Positions 1-11,103 of a stretch of DNA of 64,000 nucleotides are shown here, piece after piece. Position numbers and translations under genes: made by a program. Every line of letters begins with the position of its first letter. The stretch's first letter is position 1. Source of the stretch: Promethearchaeota archaeon (GTDB lineage: Archaea; Asgardarchaeota; Lokiarchaeia; Sigyniarchaeales; SOKP01); NCBI GenBank assembly GCA_048938855.1, contig JBHLLT010000005.1:1-64000 (forward strand), given 5' to 3'. The notes beneath the pieces are model-generated. The model saw only the letters and a list, made by a program, of their open reading frames with translations. It made no database searches and was not told the origin of the DNA.

Positions 1-3
1 TAT

Positions 4-77
4 GGGCTATTGGCGCAGGCAGGTAGCGCAGCAGGCTCTTAACCTGACGGTCGGGGGTTCGAATCCCTCATAGCCCG
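4..77 (+). tRNA. tRNA-Lys (anticodon CTT)
   Basis: Acceptor GGGCTAT/ATAGCCC, anticodon arm CAGG-CT-CTT-AA-CCTG, T-loop GTTCGAATC; T-run follows. Confidence 0.95.
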
Positions 78-128
78 TAGGTACTCCCTTTTTTTAAATA
101 CAAATGAATAACAAAATGGTATTATCTT

Positions 129-767
129 ATGGTAAACACAGAAAAACTATTTATTACAAATGATGTGATAAAACTTGAAGCGGAGTACTTTTTATCACAT
201 CTCAATTTGAAAAATCCAGTAGTTCTAATTTGCCATCCTCATCCGCAATATGGGGGGAATATGTATAATAATGTTGTGTCTGGAGTCTTTAATAAACTAA
301 CTGAAAATGATATATCTTGTTTAAGATTTAACTTTAGAGGTGTAAGCAGATCAGCCGGTTCTCACTCAGATGGAACTGGAGAATTAACTGATGTGAAAAC
401 CTGTATAAATTTTTTAATAAATGAGAAAAAACATGAGAAAATAATTATATGTGGATATTCTTATGGTGCAGCTATAGGGTGTTCAGCTATAAATTATTCA
501 GATAAAGTTATTAGTTATATTTCCATCTCATTCCCTTGGGATTTCCTCGATTCAAAATTTAAAACTTTGTCCCAATCTGATAAACCAAAATTATTCATTC
601 AAGGTGATCTAGATACTATTGCTCGATATGAGGTGTTTGAAGTAAATTATGGGTTTTATAAAGACCCAAAAGTTAAAAAGATAATTGCTGGAGCAGACCA
701 TTTTTACTGGGGTTTTGAAGAACAAATCGCTAACGAAGTTCTAAACTTTTACAAATCCTTGATTTAG
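129..767 (+). CDS. alpha/beta hydrolase family protein
   Basis: CHPHPQYGGNM, RFNFRG, GYSYG nucleophile elbow, QGDLD and GADHF catalytic Asp/His. Confidence 0.9.
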   Translation: MVNTEKLFITNDVIKLEAEYFLSHLNLKNPVVLICHPHPQYGGNMYNNVVSGVFNKLTENDISCLRFNFRGVSRSAGSHSDGTGELTDVKTCINFLINEKKHEKIIICGYSYGAAIGCSAINYSDKVISYISISFPWDFLDSKFKTLSQSDKPKLFIQGDLDTIARYEVFEVNYGFYKDPKVKKIIAGADHFYWGFEEQIANEVLNFYKSLI

Positions 768-772
768 ATTTT

Positions 773-1810
773 TCAAGAAACTTTTAATAATACTTTCCCA
801 AATTGACTTCCCTGATTTAAATACTTCTCAGCATCTTTTGCCTCATCAAATTGATAGATTTTGTCAATAATAGGGTTCAATTTTCCTTTAAAGATCAGTC
901 TCATCACTTCATGAAATTCTCCTTGATTACTCATTGTAGATCCTTTTATCTGTAGATGCTTCCAAAAAATATTTGCTAAATTTAATTCAACTTGTACTCC
1001 AGTTGTAGCACCACACGTAATTAATCGACCCCCTGATCTTAGTAATCGAATACTGGAGTTAAATGTTGCATTTCCAACATTATCAATAACAATATCAATA
1101 CCACGTCTCTTAGTAATTTCTTTATATACGTATTGAGAATAATCCCTCACTTCTTTATAATTTATTACATAATCAGCTCCCAGTTTCTCTGCTTTTTCAA
1201 TTTTTTCTGATGAGCTAGTCGTTGCAACCACCTTTGCGCCTATATATTTTGCAATTTGAAGAGCTGCAGAAGAAACACCTCCTCCAACACCATGTATAAA
1301 CATAAATTCTCCCGGACGTGTCTTTCCTAAAGTAATTACCATTCTATAGGCTGTCAAAAACGTTAATGGAGCCGCTGCTGCTTTATCTAAAGGGAATGAT
1401 TTAGGAATTTTTAAAACATTAATCTCTGGCATTTTAAAAAATTTAGCAAATGTACCCCATATATGTTCGCCCTTAATCCCAAATTTTTTGCATAAAACTT
1501 GTTTTCCTGATAAGCAATTTACACATTTACCACACGAAATTCCGGGATTAATTGTGACTCTATCACCAATCTTTAGTGTAGACACATCAGATCCAATTTC
1601 TTTTACAACTCCACTCCCATCAGCACCAATCACATGAGGCATTCTTAAATTTAATCCTGACCACCCTTTAATAACAAATAAATCTAAATGATTCAAAGCT
1701 GCGAAATGAGTTTCGATTAATACATCATTTGAACCTATTTTTATATCATCAACTTCACCAATTTGAATATTATCTAAACTACCATGGTTAGAAATATATG
1801 CTGCTTTCAT
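773..1810 (-). CDS. zinc-binding alcohol dehydrogenase / quinone oxidoreductase (MDR family)
   Basis: CGKCVNCLSG..C structural Zn motif, GVGGGVS Rossmann loop, FGKVLL C-terminus. Confidence 0.9.
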   Translation of the reverse strand: MKAAYISNHGSLDNIQIGEVDDIKIGSNDVLIETHFAALNHLDLFVIKGWSGLNLRMPHVIGADGSGVVKEIGSDVSTLKIGDRVTINPGISCGKCVNCLSGKQVLCKKFGIKGEHIWGTFAKFFKMPEINVLKIPKSFPLDKAAAAPLTFLTAYRMVITLGKTRPGEFMFIHGVGGGVSSAALQIAKYIGAKVVATTSSSEKIEKAEKLGADYVINYKEVRDYSQYVYKEITKRRGIDIVIDNVGNATFNSSIRLLRSGGRLITCGATTGVQVELNLANIFWKHLQIKGSTMSNQGEFHEVMRLIFKGKLNPIIDKIYQFDEAKDAEKYLNQGSQFGKVLLKVS

Positions 1811-1909
1811 TGTAGATAGAAGGTTTTACTAATATTTTTGAATTTACTCTTTATAATTTAAAAATGAAATCCAGAAGAGAGATAAAAATATAAAGATTGA
1901 TAAAACGTA

Positions 1910-2308
1910 TTATAAACTTGAAAGCTTTTCTAAATCTGCCTGAGAATTATCAACTGCCCAATTAAGAAGTTGGTCAAAATAACGCTCCACATCTTCACTT
2001 TCAGGAGCTTTTGATAAAATTGCTAAAAGGAATTGATTTTTGTTATCAGGCATAATTATATTTCTCATCATTATGAAATCTTCTTTATATTTGATTTTCA
2101 TACTTTGGATTTCCGAAAGACCTAATTCCTCAGCAGCCTTATAAGCTGAATCACTTAATAAAGATCCCATAGCAGCTACGACACGTTCATCTATTTTTTC
2201 TTCTTTTTGAGAAGCTAGTACTAACCCTGTTGAAGTTGCAAAAAGGGATGCCCGAAAATTTCCATTTTCATTAAGTTCTTTAAGGACTAATTCAAGTCTG
2301 CTAACCAA
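1910..2308 (-). CDS. roadblock/LC7 domain protein (eukaryotic signature family)
   Basis: 132 aa with the roadblock pattern LFATSTGLVLAS...VAAMGSLL...AAEELGL; TTG start. Confidence 0.75.
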   Translation of the reverse strand: MVSRLELVLKELNENGNFRASLFATSTGLVLASQKEEKIDERVVAAMGSLLSDSAYKAAEELGLSEIQSMKIKYKEDFIMMRNIIMPDNKNQFLLAILSKAPESEDVERYFDQLLNWAVDNSQADLEKLSSL

Positions 2309-2574
2309 ATCTACACACTCTCAATAGAGATTTTTTAAATAATATCTTAAATAAAGGTTTTATATTTTATATATGCTTATTTTTTTCTTCTAATAAGCTT
2401 ACATAAAAATTCCTTGCATAAATAATATGAGTTCATTAGTATTTAAAATTATTCAGAGTAGAGATATAATTACTTGTCAAAGGTAGACTCTTCAATTTAA
2501 ATAAAAAACTCTTAATTTAAAAACTAAATATTTTGTATAATACATTAAAAACTAACTCGTAATTATACTCTTGC

Positions 2575-3093
2575 TTAGTTTTTAAGGGTGATTATAAATG
2601 TTGATATTATATCATTCTCATCAATATTCAAAGTAATTACAGTTGGTCTTGGTATTGGTTTCATAAATCCAGGTCGTTCTTGAGGTGCTTTTGGTTGAGT
2701 TGGAGATCCTGGATTGAGTAGAAGTAATTTATATTCTGTTCCTTTAATAATTGGCTGATGTGTATGACCATAAATAAGAATATTTAAATTGTGTTCTTTA
2801 GCAAATTCCTCAGTATTCTGTGGGAGTAGATGAACTACTCCAATGTTATATTTACCTATTGAAAATTTGATAAACTTTTCCAAATTTTCAATTTTATCCA
2901 AATTTCCTTTTACACATTTAGTTGGAGCAATTCTTTTTAATTCTTCTAAAAAGAAATTTTCACAAATATCTCCCACATGAATAATTTCGTCTACATCCTT
3001 AAAAGCTTCTTTAAGTTGTTTTATTAATTTAAAGATTTTGTCTTTACCATAATCATTTGTAATATGAGTATCGGAGATTATCCCCCACTTCAT
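2575..3093 (-). CDS. metallophosphoesterase (YfcE/MJ0936/Vps29-like)
   Basis: ISDTH, HVGD, VKGNLD, GHTH and NPGS motifs. Confidence 0.9.
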   Translation of the reverse strand: MKWGIISDTHITNDYGKDKIFKLIKQLKEAFKDVDEIIHVGDICENFFLEELKRIAPTKCVKGNLDKIENLEKFIKFSIGKYNIGVVHLLPQNTEEFAKEHNLNILIYGHTHQPIIKGTEYKLLLLNPGSPTQPKAPQERPGFMKPIPRPTVITLNIDENDIISTFIITLKN

Positions 3094-3108
3094 TAATTTA
3101 ACACTCCT

Positions 3109-4182
3109 CTAAATCGAGACCATAAAGCTCATTAGAAAAATTATCACACCCATCAAAATATCAAAAAGAACACGAACTATTGAATCTCCTTTAGTTTTTT
3201 CAAATTTATCTTCACGTTTAAAATATGTCTTAAGCATATTAATTCCAATTGAAAAACCTTCTTTGATTTGAGAGTAATACCATACGAATAAAATGCACCC
3301 AATAATTAGTAATGGATAATATAGGTAAAGCCCAACAACCGTAAAGTCATTACCTTGCAACAAACTCCAAACAGCATGAGCGGAAATTATATTATTAAGA
3401 GCATGCGCAATTATCACTGGAATTAACCATTTTCTTCTTAATACTAGTAAAGAAAGAATTATCCCTATAAAAAATGCCTGTATAAACCAGACAATTGGAA
3501 ACCAAAAAGGATACAAACGACTTATTGGATCAAGAAAATATGCAAAATGTCCTAATCCAAAAGAGAGAGAAGAGATTATAACAGCAGAGTATTTAAAGAA
3601 ATATACTCCTCCTCTTTTGGTAATTACACCCCTAAAGATTGTTTCTTCAGAAATTGCGATAGAAAGCTGAATTATTATTACTGAGATAAGGAATACAAAA
3701 TAATTAGGATCAAGTAGATAAATATCTGTTGCTTTAGAAGAAATGGCGATTGCTTGATATTCAAGCATCCCTGGAACTAATAAGTATCCAATAAAATCAA
3801 TTGGTAAGAAAACAAGGAAAAAAATCAATATACCATACAAGATCTGATATTTATAGTTCTTTTTTGACATATTATATAATTTTAAATGTCCGATAGCAGC
3901 TGAGACATCTTCTTCAATAATCAAATCTCTTTTTTGAGGTTCAAAAACCAAGTTGAACAAGAATAAAATAATTGGCACTCCTGCTAACACTATTATAGCT
4001 CTGAATGAATAAAATAATGTACCATAAAGAATGGAATGTTCACTAGTAAACAAGGGAATTATGAAGTATGGGATTAATAATAATGCAAATACTCCTATAA
4101 AAATCCAGAATAATTCATATATGAAAAAGCGAAATCTCTTTTTCATGATCTCTTTCTTTCTACTTTGACCTATTCGTGGCAT
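3109..4182 (-). CDS. CPBP/Abi (CAAX type II) intramembrane metalloprotease
   Basis: Multi-TM; EETIFRG, FGLGH and AHALNN motifs. Confidence 0.85.
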   Translation of the reverse strand: MPRIGQSRKKEIMKKRFRFFIYELFWIFIGVFALLLIPYFIIPLFTSEHSILYGTLFYSFRAIIVLAGVPIILFLFNLVFEPQKRDLIIEEDVSAAIGHLKLYNMSKKNYKYQILYGILIFFLVFLPIDFIGYLLVPGMLEYQAIAISSKATDIYLLDPNYFVFLISVIIIQLSIAISEETIFRGVITKRGGVYFFKYSAVIISSLSFGLGHFAYFLDPISRLYPFWFPIVWFIQAFFIGIILSLLVLRRKWLIPVIIAHALNNIISAHAVWSLLQGNDFTVVGLYLYYPLLIIGCILFVWYYSQIKEGFSIGINMLKTYFKREDKFEKTKGDSIVRVLFDILMGVIIFLMSFMVSI

Positions 4183-4294
4183 AGAATATCACTTTTCTAA
4201 TTTAGATAAAAAATAATTGAATTAAAAAATTATAAATTTTGTTAATTTAATCATAGTAAAATACAAATAATCATTTCTCTATAACTAAAACACT

Positions 4295-5485
4295 TTACTC
4301 ATAAGTAAAAGTACCAAATTCAGATTTTATTTCTATAACATTTTTACTTTTTAAAGGTGATTTTTCGCAAAATCCGATTATCTTCGAATCAACTTCATAT
4401 TTTCTCGCAATTTTTATAATCTCCGTGGCTGTAGATTCATTACATAGGATTTCCATTCTATGACCCATATTAAAAACATTAAACATCTCTTTCCATTGTG
4501 TTTCGGATGATCTTTGAATTAATTCGAATATTTTAGGAATTTTAAATAGATTATTTTTAATGTATTTTATCCGCTTTCCAAAATTTAGAATTTTTGTTTG
4601 ACCACCCCCTGTATTATGGATGATTCCATGTATATCATTTCTATAATTTGTCACCACTTCTTTAATTATCGGAGCATAAGTTCTTGTTGGTGATAATAAT
4701 GCTTTCCCTATTGATAAATCAATTTCACTGATGTTATCTGTTAATTTGAAGTTACCAAAAAATACATATTTCTCATCAAGATTTTGATCATAACATTCTG
4801 GATATTTTTTGTAATATTCATGTGAAAGCAAACCATGTCTCGCCAAAGTTAATCCGTTACTGCCAATTCCACTATTGTATTCATCTTCATAAGATGCTTT
4901 CCCATAGCTTACTAAACCAATTATTACGTCATTGTTTTTGATATTTCTCGCATCAATTACATCTTCTCTCTTCATTGTTGTGAAAGCAGTAGCATCAACT
5001 ACTAGTGTTTTAACAATATCTCCAATATCTGCAGTTTCACCACCGCACATCTTTACATTCAAACCGAGAGATGTTAGTTTTTCACTATACTCATAATACT
5101 CTTTTATAATAGTTCCAATAACATTAATATCTACATAATGACGATTTCGTCCTAGATTATTTGAAAAGTAGATGTTACCTATTGCTCCTACGCATAAAAT
5201 ATCATCAAGATTCATCACCATAGCATCCCTAACAATGCCTTTAAAAACTGATATATCTCCTGTTTCTTTATAATACATATATGCTAAGCTAGCCTTAGTA
5301 CCCGCACCGTCGGCGTGAAAAATAGCACAATAGTCTTTTCTATCATTAATATCTTCTATAATCCTACAAAAAGCTCCTGGAAACAAACCTTTATTAACTG
5401 ATTTTAGAACTTTGTGAACATCTTCCTTTTTTGATGAAACTCCTAAAGTATTATATAAATTATCATCTCCAGTCATATTAACCAA
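4295..5485 (-). CDS. purM: phosphoribosylformylglycinamidine cyclo-ligase (AIR synthase)
   Basis: HADGAGTK, GGETAD, SGIGSNG, LLSPTRTY, FNMGHR; adjacent to purB. Confidence 0.9.
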   Translation of the reverse strand: MVNMTGDDNLYNTLGVSSKKEDVHKVLKSVNKGLFPGAFCRIIEDINDRKDYCAIFHADGAGTKASLAYMYYKETGDISVFKGIVRDAMVMNLDDILCVGAIGNIYFSNNLGRNRHYVDINVIGTIIKEYYEYSEKLTSLGLNVKMCGGETADIGDIVKTLVVDATAFTTMKREDVIDARNIKNNDVIIGLVSYGKASYEDEYNSGIGSNGLTLARHGLLSHEYYKKYPECYDQNLDEKYVFFGNFKLTDNISEIDLSIGKALLSPTRTYAPIIKEVVTNYRNDIHGIIHNTGGGQTKILNFGKRIKYIKNNLFKIPKIFELIQRSSETQWKEMFNVFNMGHRMEILCNESTATEIIKIARKYEVDSKIIGFCEKSPLKSKNVIEIKSEFGTFTYE

Positions 5486-5488
5486 GCT

Positions 5489-6847
5489 TTAAATATCATA
5501 TTTAGCTTTTAGAGTTTTTACTAAATTATCTACTTGCTCAATAGCTTTACCAATGTATTTATGTGGATCAAACATCTCCTTTAGTTCTTCTTTTGAGAAC
5601 TTTTCCATAATTTGGTTGACTTCACTTAAGATGTCACTCATGTTTACTTTTTTTTCTCGAGCCTTAATAGATGCTTGTCTTAAAATTTCATGCCCTTCTT
5701 GCCTTCCTATTCCTCTATTTACTAATTGAACCATAACTTTTTCGGTAAGACAGGCACCTCTAGTAAGATTAAGATTTTCTTCAATTTTAATTTCATTAAA
5801 TTCTAATCCCATTAAATTTTGGGTTATCTGTTTAATCATATAATCTAATAATATAAAATTTTCTGCAAATATTACTCTCTCAGATGCAGAATTTGTAAGA
5901 TCTCTTTCATCCTCGAGCACTATATTATCCAAAGCAACTAATACATTAGATTTTAGAATCCTAGCTAAACTACAAATCCTTTCTGATTTATGAGGGTTTC
6001 TTTTATGAGGCATTGTAGAACTCCCAACTTGTGCTTTTTTAAAAGGTTCAAACATTTCCGCAATTTCATTTCTTTGTAAAACTCGATTCTCTCTTGCTAT
6101 TTTTGCTAACGTTTGACCAATAATACTAGTTAAAAAAATAACTTCAGCATGTCTATCTCTCTGAATTATTTGATTGGCAATCAGCACTGGGTTTAAATTA
6201 AGTTTTTTCATTACTATATCTTGTATTCTAATCCCATTTTCATCAAAACTAGCCATTGTTCCAACAGCCCCTGACATTTTACCAAATGAAATTCTATTTT
6301 TGATTTCAGAGATTCTTTCTAAATGTCTATTTACTTCATATGCCCATACACCAAATCTCATGCCATAAGTAGTAGGTATCGCATGCTGACCATGTGTTCT
6401 TCCTATACAAATTAACTTTTTTTTTTCTTCAGTAATATGAATTAGAATTTTTAATAATTCTAACATAGAATCATACAAGTAATTTAGTACTTCTTTTAAT
6501 TGCATGGCAGTGGCGGTGTCTTCAATATCATAACTTGTAGCTCCAAGGTGAACATATTTCCCAGCATTATTCTCACATTGTTCTGCTAATCCTTTAACCA
6601 TTGCCATTAAATCATGATGAATTTCTCCATCGATTTCCTTTACCCTTTCTAATTTTACATAAGTTAAATTCGCTTTTTTACTAATTTCATCAGCAACTTC
6701 TTGTGGAATATTTCCTATTTCAGCATGAGCTTGGGCTAATGCTGTTTCAACTTTCAACCAATTTTCTAATTTTTTTTCCTCAGTAAAATATTTAGCTATT
6801 TCTGTACGATAGCGTGTTTCAATTGGATGGATAAATTTATGATCCAT
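5489..6847 (-). CDS. purB: adenylosuccinate lyase
   Basis: HLGATSYD, GRTHGQHA, GSSTMPHKRNP signature. Confidence 0.95.
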   Translation of the reverse strand: MDHKFIHPIETRYRTEIAKYFTEEKKLENWLKVETALAQAHAEIGNIPQEVADEISKKANLTYVKLERVKEIDGEIHHDLMAMVKGLAEQCENNAGKYVHLGATSYDIEDTATAMQLKEVLNYLYDSMLELLKILIHITEEKKKLICIGRTHGQHAIPTTYGMRFGVWAYEVNRHLERISEIKNRISFGKMSGAVGTMASFDENGIRIQDIVMKKLNLNPVLIANQIIQRDRHAEVIFLTSIIGQTLAKIARENRVLQRNEIAEMFEPFKKAQVGSSTMPHKRNPHKSERICSLARILKSNVLVALDNIVLEDERDLTNSASERVIFAENFILLDYMIKQITQNLMGLEFNEIKIEENLNLTRGACLTEKVMVQLVNRGIGRQEGHEILRQASIKAREKKVNMSDILSEVNQIMEKFSKEELKEMFDPHKYIGKAIEQVDNLVKTLKAKYDI

Positions 6848-7204
6848 AATATCATCTCATATTTATGTAGTCCCAATTAAAATAATGAAACACTATGAAA
6901 TATATCTTATTTATTAGAGTTAAAATTACTTAATCAAATTTAATGAAGTATAGGAACAAGGAAATATATTACGAGAATAAATAGCGAGTTAGAATACCGT
7001 GGTGGTCAAGGCAATGAATTTCTCTTCTTATTTATTGTTTTATTTATGCTATACTTGCGAAACTTAATGATTCAATAGTTTATACCGTTAAATATTTGCT
7101 TATCTATTAAAAAAAGTGGACATTTTTATAGGAAGGTTTGAAGACATTTGTATTATGAACTAATATTATGAGAATGAGATAGGTTTAGAAAGGGAATAGC
7201 TATT

Positions 7205-7702
7205 ATGTTTAATTTATTACAAAACAAGATTAAAAGAAACGTATGTGGAATTTGTGAAGAGAAAATAGACAGAAACAAATGTTATGTTTTGTTGGAAGTT
7301 AAGATTGTTCCACCAATATTGTTGGTTTTTCACGTAGCTCATTTTTACGATTTGATTACGATCTTAGAAAATTACGTTAAGAAGCGCAGAGATGGAGTTT
7401 TTGAAAAATTTATACATTTAGGACTAGGAGAAGTTAAGGAAGAAAAGAGGTGGGCTAAGGAATTGGGAATTGAGGGAGAGTTTAAAAAGGATATCAACGA
7501 AATAATGACATTTAAGTTATATAATGAGTTAATAAAAGCGCTTGAGAAAGAGTTCGTATGTGATATGTTGGGGGAAAAAAAAACTTTTGAAGATTGCCTT
7601 AGGTGTATGAGTCATGATGCATTTGTGCAATGCGACAAAACTTTATTTTTTTCAATAAAACCTCATTTGGAGAAGTACAGAAAGGTGTTAAGGGAGGTTT
7701 GA
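7205..7702 (+). CDS. hypothetical protein with Cys/His clusters (possible Zn-binding)
   Basis: 165-aa ORF; CGICEE..C..HVAH and C..CLRC..C. Confidence 0.55.
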   Translation: MFNLLQNKIKRNVCGICEEKIDRNKCYVLLEVKIVPPILLVFHVAHFYDLITILENYVKKRRDGVFEKFIHLGLGEVKEEKRWAKELGIEGEFKKDINEIMTFKLYNELIKALEKEFVCDMLGEKKTFEDCLRCMSHDAFVQCDKTLFFSIKPHLEKYRKVLREV

Positions 7703-7914
7703 AACGGGAGAAGGGAGACAGAATAGAAGAGAAAGAAGAGGGAGGAAACAGGGGTATAGAGAGGTTAAACAGAGTCAAAGTTACGTTATCTCGCGTAAAT
7801 AAGAAGAACTATGCTAAAAAAAGAGAATTATATGGATCGAAAATTGAGGAAGCAATAAAGTTTGTTGACAAGGAGTTTGATTGGAAAAAGATTTTAGAAA
7901 AGAATAATAATTAA
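7699..7914 (+). CDS. small basic hypothetical protein (possible ribbon-helix-helix)
   Basis: In-frame TTG at 7699 overlaps the upstream stop; ORF track starts it at 7630; RVKVTLS followed by helical segment. Confidence 0.4.
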   Translation: MKREKGDRIEEKEEGGNRGIERLNRVKVTLSRVNKKNYAKKRELYGSKIEEAIKFVDKEFDWKKILEKNNN

Positions 7915-7970
7915 TTAAAATATGGATGGGACTTATCTTTTAAATGATAGAAAAAGAATAGATCTTTAAG

Positions 7971-8177
7971 ATGCATAGAGAAAATGGACAGAAATACTTT
8001 TTTTACAGATGCACTCATTGTGGTGAATGGTATTATACAAACAGAATAATTAAATCAAAAAAATGCTGGAAATGTAACCACTCTTTTTTATTTAATAAAT
8101 CTACAAAATTCTCACAAATTTGTACAATTAATGGTGCAATTACAATTGTTAAGAGGTTAAAAAGCAGAAATCAATAA
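7971..8177 (+). CDS. small zinc-ribbon protein (DUF1922-like)
   Basis: CTHCG...CWKCNH, 68 aa. Confidence 0.7.
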   Translation: MHRENGQKYFFYRCTHCGEWYYTNRIIKSKKCWKCNHSFLFNKSTKFSQICTINGAITIVKRLKSRNQ

Positions 8178-8277
8178 AAAAGAAACATATTTAAGCTATT
8201 CTTCTCTTTTTTTGGTGATATACTGACTTTCGCTATTTATTTAAATATTGTAGAAGAATTAACCTCAAACAAGAAAT

Positions 8278-9729
8278 ATGGAGATTTCAGACGATCTAAA
8301 AGCTATAGACGAGAATTTAATTAAACAATTAAATCAGATCGCCAAAAACAAAGTAGAATATTGGGATCTTAGAACTGAAGTGAATAATGGCACTAGTTTA
8401 GATTTCACTAATCAGAAAAGTAAGGAAATTTCTTCTTTTGAAATTATAGATTGTGGTATTAGAGCTTTTAAAAATGGTGGATGGGGATTTTCTGTATTAA
8501 AAGACTTACAAAAAGAAACCGTTAAGACAGGATTACAGAAAGCAATAAAATTAGCAAGACTCTCTGAATCTCTCACGAAAATTAAATTCAATATTGCCCA
8601 AAATAAACCATTAATAGCAAGTTTCACAGGTAAATCAAAGAATAATTTAGATGAGATAGATCTCGATGATAAAATAAAACTTGTTAAAAATCACGAAAAA
8701 ATTGCTGGAGAGTATTCAAAATACGTAAAAAATACTCATACAATCTATATGGATGGACATTCACAAGCCTTGTTTTTAAATTCATTTGGAAGTAAAGTGT
8801 TTCAAGATCTATCCTTTGTTCGATTATTTTGTATGGTCTTCACCAATAAAAATGGAACGACTCAGAGTTCGGTAAATTCTATTGCAGGTATTGGAGGATA
8901 TGAAATTGTAGAAACTGAAAAAGCTAATAATTTAAGTAAAAAAACTGCTAAAGAAGCATTAGAATTATTAGATGCAAAATCTCCAGTTGGTGGCAAATTG
9001 ACTGTGATTTCAGATTCTAAATTGACTGGAACCATAATCCATGAGGCATTTGGACATGCTTGTGAAGCTGACATAGTCTTAAATAATGAAAGTATCTTAA
9101 AAGGAATGATTGGTAATAAAGTTGCTTCTGAACAAGTAACCATAATAGACAATCCCTCAATGGGTCAAGCAGACCAATTCAATTTACCCTACGAGTTGTT
9201 TGGTAGCTATTTTGTGGATGATGAGGGAATTCCTGCACAAAAAACATTAATTATTGAAAATGGTACATTAAAAAATTATTTACATAACTTAGAGACCTCT
9301 TCAAGAATGGGTGTTCCTCCAAATGGACATGGAAGAGCATCCGTTAGTTCTGAAAGACCCCAAGTACGTATGGGTTTTACCTATTTAGAGCCAAAAAACT
9401 GGAGTTTAGATGAAATAATTGAAGAAACAAAGAATGGGATTTTATGTGAAGATTTTCAATATGGATATACCGATCCAACAACAGGTAATTTTCAATTCAA
9501 ATGCAGATTTTCATATAAAATTGAAAATGGAGAAAAGAAAGAAATTATGAGAGATGTTTCTCTTAGTGGGATGATCCTCGAAGTTTTAAATAAAATCTCA
9601 GCAATTGGGAATGAAAAAACTTTTAATTATTCTGTTGGTATTTGTGGAAAAGGAGGACAAAGAGTCAGAGTATGTGATGGAGCACCTTACATACGAATGG
9701 AAGATATAACTGTTGGAGGTTTGAGCTAA
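8278..9729 (+). CDS. tldD: TldD/PmbA family metalloprotease, catalytic subunit
   Basis: HEAFGHACEAD motif, DDEG, CGKGGQ. Confidence 0.9.
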   Translation: MEISDDLKAIDENLIKQLNQIAKNKVEYWDLRTEVNNGTSLDFTNQKSKEISSFEIIDCGIRAFKNGGWGFSVLKDLQKETVKTGLQKAIKLARLSESLTKIKFNIAQNKPLIASFTGKSKNNLDEIDLDDKIKLVKNHEKIAGEYSKYVKNTHTIYMDGHSQALFLNSFGSKVFQDLSFVRLFCMVFTNKNGTTQSSVNSIAGIGGYEIVETEKANNLSKKTAKEALELLDAKSPVGGKLTVISDSKLTGTIIHEAFGHACEADIVLNNESILKGMIGNKVASEQVTIIDNPSMGQADQFNLPYELFGSYFVDDEGIPAQKTLIIENGTLKNYLHNLETSSRMGVPPNGHGRASVSSERPQVRMGFTYLEPKNWSLDEIIEETKNGILCEDFQYGYTDPTTGNFQFKCRFSYKIENGEKKEIMRDVSLSGMILEVLNKISAIGNEKTFNYSVGICGKGGQRVRVCDGAPYIRMEDITVGGLS

Positions 9730-11103
9730 TTGGAGGATTCGGAAGTATATTCTTTATCAGATTTATGCTTCAAATTAGTTGAAAAAGAAAACTTAGGAAT
9801 AAAGTGTACAGAATTATACTTTGAAAAAAGTAATTATATAAACATTGAAATTGAAGAAAATTCAATAAAGAATAGTGAAACTGGAGAAGATCATGGTGTA
9901 TCAATTAGGGTGATCAACAAGAATGGTTCCTTAGGATTTGCATACTCAAATAAAATAGATAGAAAAACAATAGAGAAATTGTGTAAGAATGCTATCAAAA
10001 TGATGAGAGTTGCTACTCCAGATTCAGACTTTAAGGATTTACCAAAATCATATAAAAATTATCCTGCTGTTAATGGATTATATGATAAAAACTTAAAAGA
10101 TTTGCAAATTGAAGATTCAATAAGATATGCTCAAGAATTAATCGAAGTATGTAAAGAAGATGAAATGGCAATTTCTCAATCTGGGAATTTTGCATCTGGG
10201 TTTTCTAAAATATTTATTTTTAACTCTAATGGTTTAAATGTCTCAAGAAAGGAAACTAGCTGTTTAATCTCATCTAATATCATTGTGCAGAATAAAGTAA
10301 CTAATGAAACTTCTTCAGGATCTGAAAGACAAATAGAACGTGGTCTAAATAAATTAGACGCTATAAATGTAGCAAGTTTAGCACTTGAAGATGCAAAAAG
10401 GAATCTAAACAGAAAAAAAATTAATAATATGAAAGCACCTGTAATTTTGACACCAAAGGGAACAATCAGCTTAATATTAAGGCCAGTAGCAGCCGCAATT
10501 AATGCTGATACATTTCAGTATGAAAGAAGTTTCTTAGTAGACAAAAGAAATGAGAAAATAGGATCGGAATATTTAAATATTGAAGATAATGGATTAATCC
10601 ATGGTGCAGCGGGGTCTCAGATATTTGATGATGAAGGAGTTCCATGTAAAAATAAAAAAGTTATAGAAAGAGGAAAGTTCCTTAAAAGTGGATTATTACA
10701 TAATAGTTATACGGCAGGAAAGGAGGGAGTTGAAAGTACCGGCAATGCATCTCGTGGCTCTTATACCTCAATACCTTCAATTGGGATTACTAATTTTATC
10801 ATGAAACCAGGAGATTTAACATTCGATGAGATGATATCAGATATTAAAAACGGAATTTTATTAAATTATACAGGAGATTCGCCTAATATATCAACAGGTG
10901 ATTTTTCCGGTTTGATTTTACATGGAAATCTGATTCAAAATGGAGAAATTAAAGAGCCATTAAATGAAACTATGATAGGAATAAATCTAATGGAAATATT
11001 TCAAAAAATTGATGCTGTTTCAAGAGATTACAGAATTTATGGAGCATTTCAAGCTCCATGGGTAAGAATAAGTTCGATAAACATAATTGGTGGAGAAAAT
11101 TAA
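9730..11103 (+). CDS. pmbA: TldE/PmbA family protein
   Basis: FDDEG, STGNA, TGDFS; lacks HExxH; TTG start abuts tldD stop. Confidence 0.85.
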   Translation: MEDSEVYSLSDLCFKLVEKENLGIKCTELYFEKSNYINIEIEENSIKNSETGEDHGVSIRVINKNGSLGFAYSNKIDRKTIEKLCKNAIKMMRVATPDSDFKDLPKSYKNYPAVNGLYDKNLKDLQIEDSIRYAQELIEVCKEDEMAISQSGNFASGFSKIFIFNSNGLNVSRKETSCLISSNIIVQNKVTNETSSGSERQIERGLNKLDAINVASLALEDAKRNLNRKKINNMKAPVILTPKGTISLILRPVAAAINADTFQYERSFLVDKRNEKIGSEYLNIEDNGLIHGAAGSQIFDDEGVPCKNKKVIERGKFLKSGLLHNSYTAGKEGVESTGNASRGSYTSIPSIGITNFIMKPGDLTFDEMISDIKNGILLNYTGDSPNISTGDFSGLILHGNLIQNGEIKEPLNETMIGINLMEIFQKIDAVSRDYRIYGAFQAPWVRISSINIIGGEN

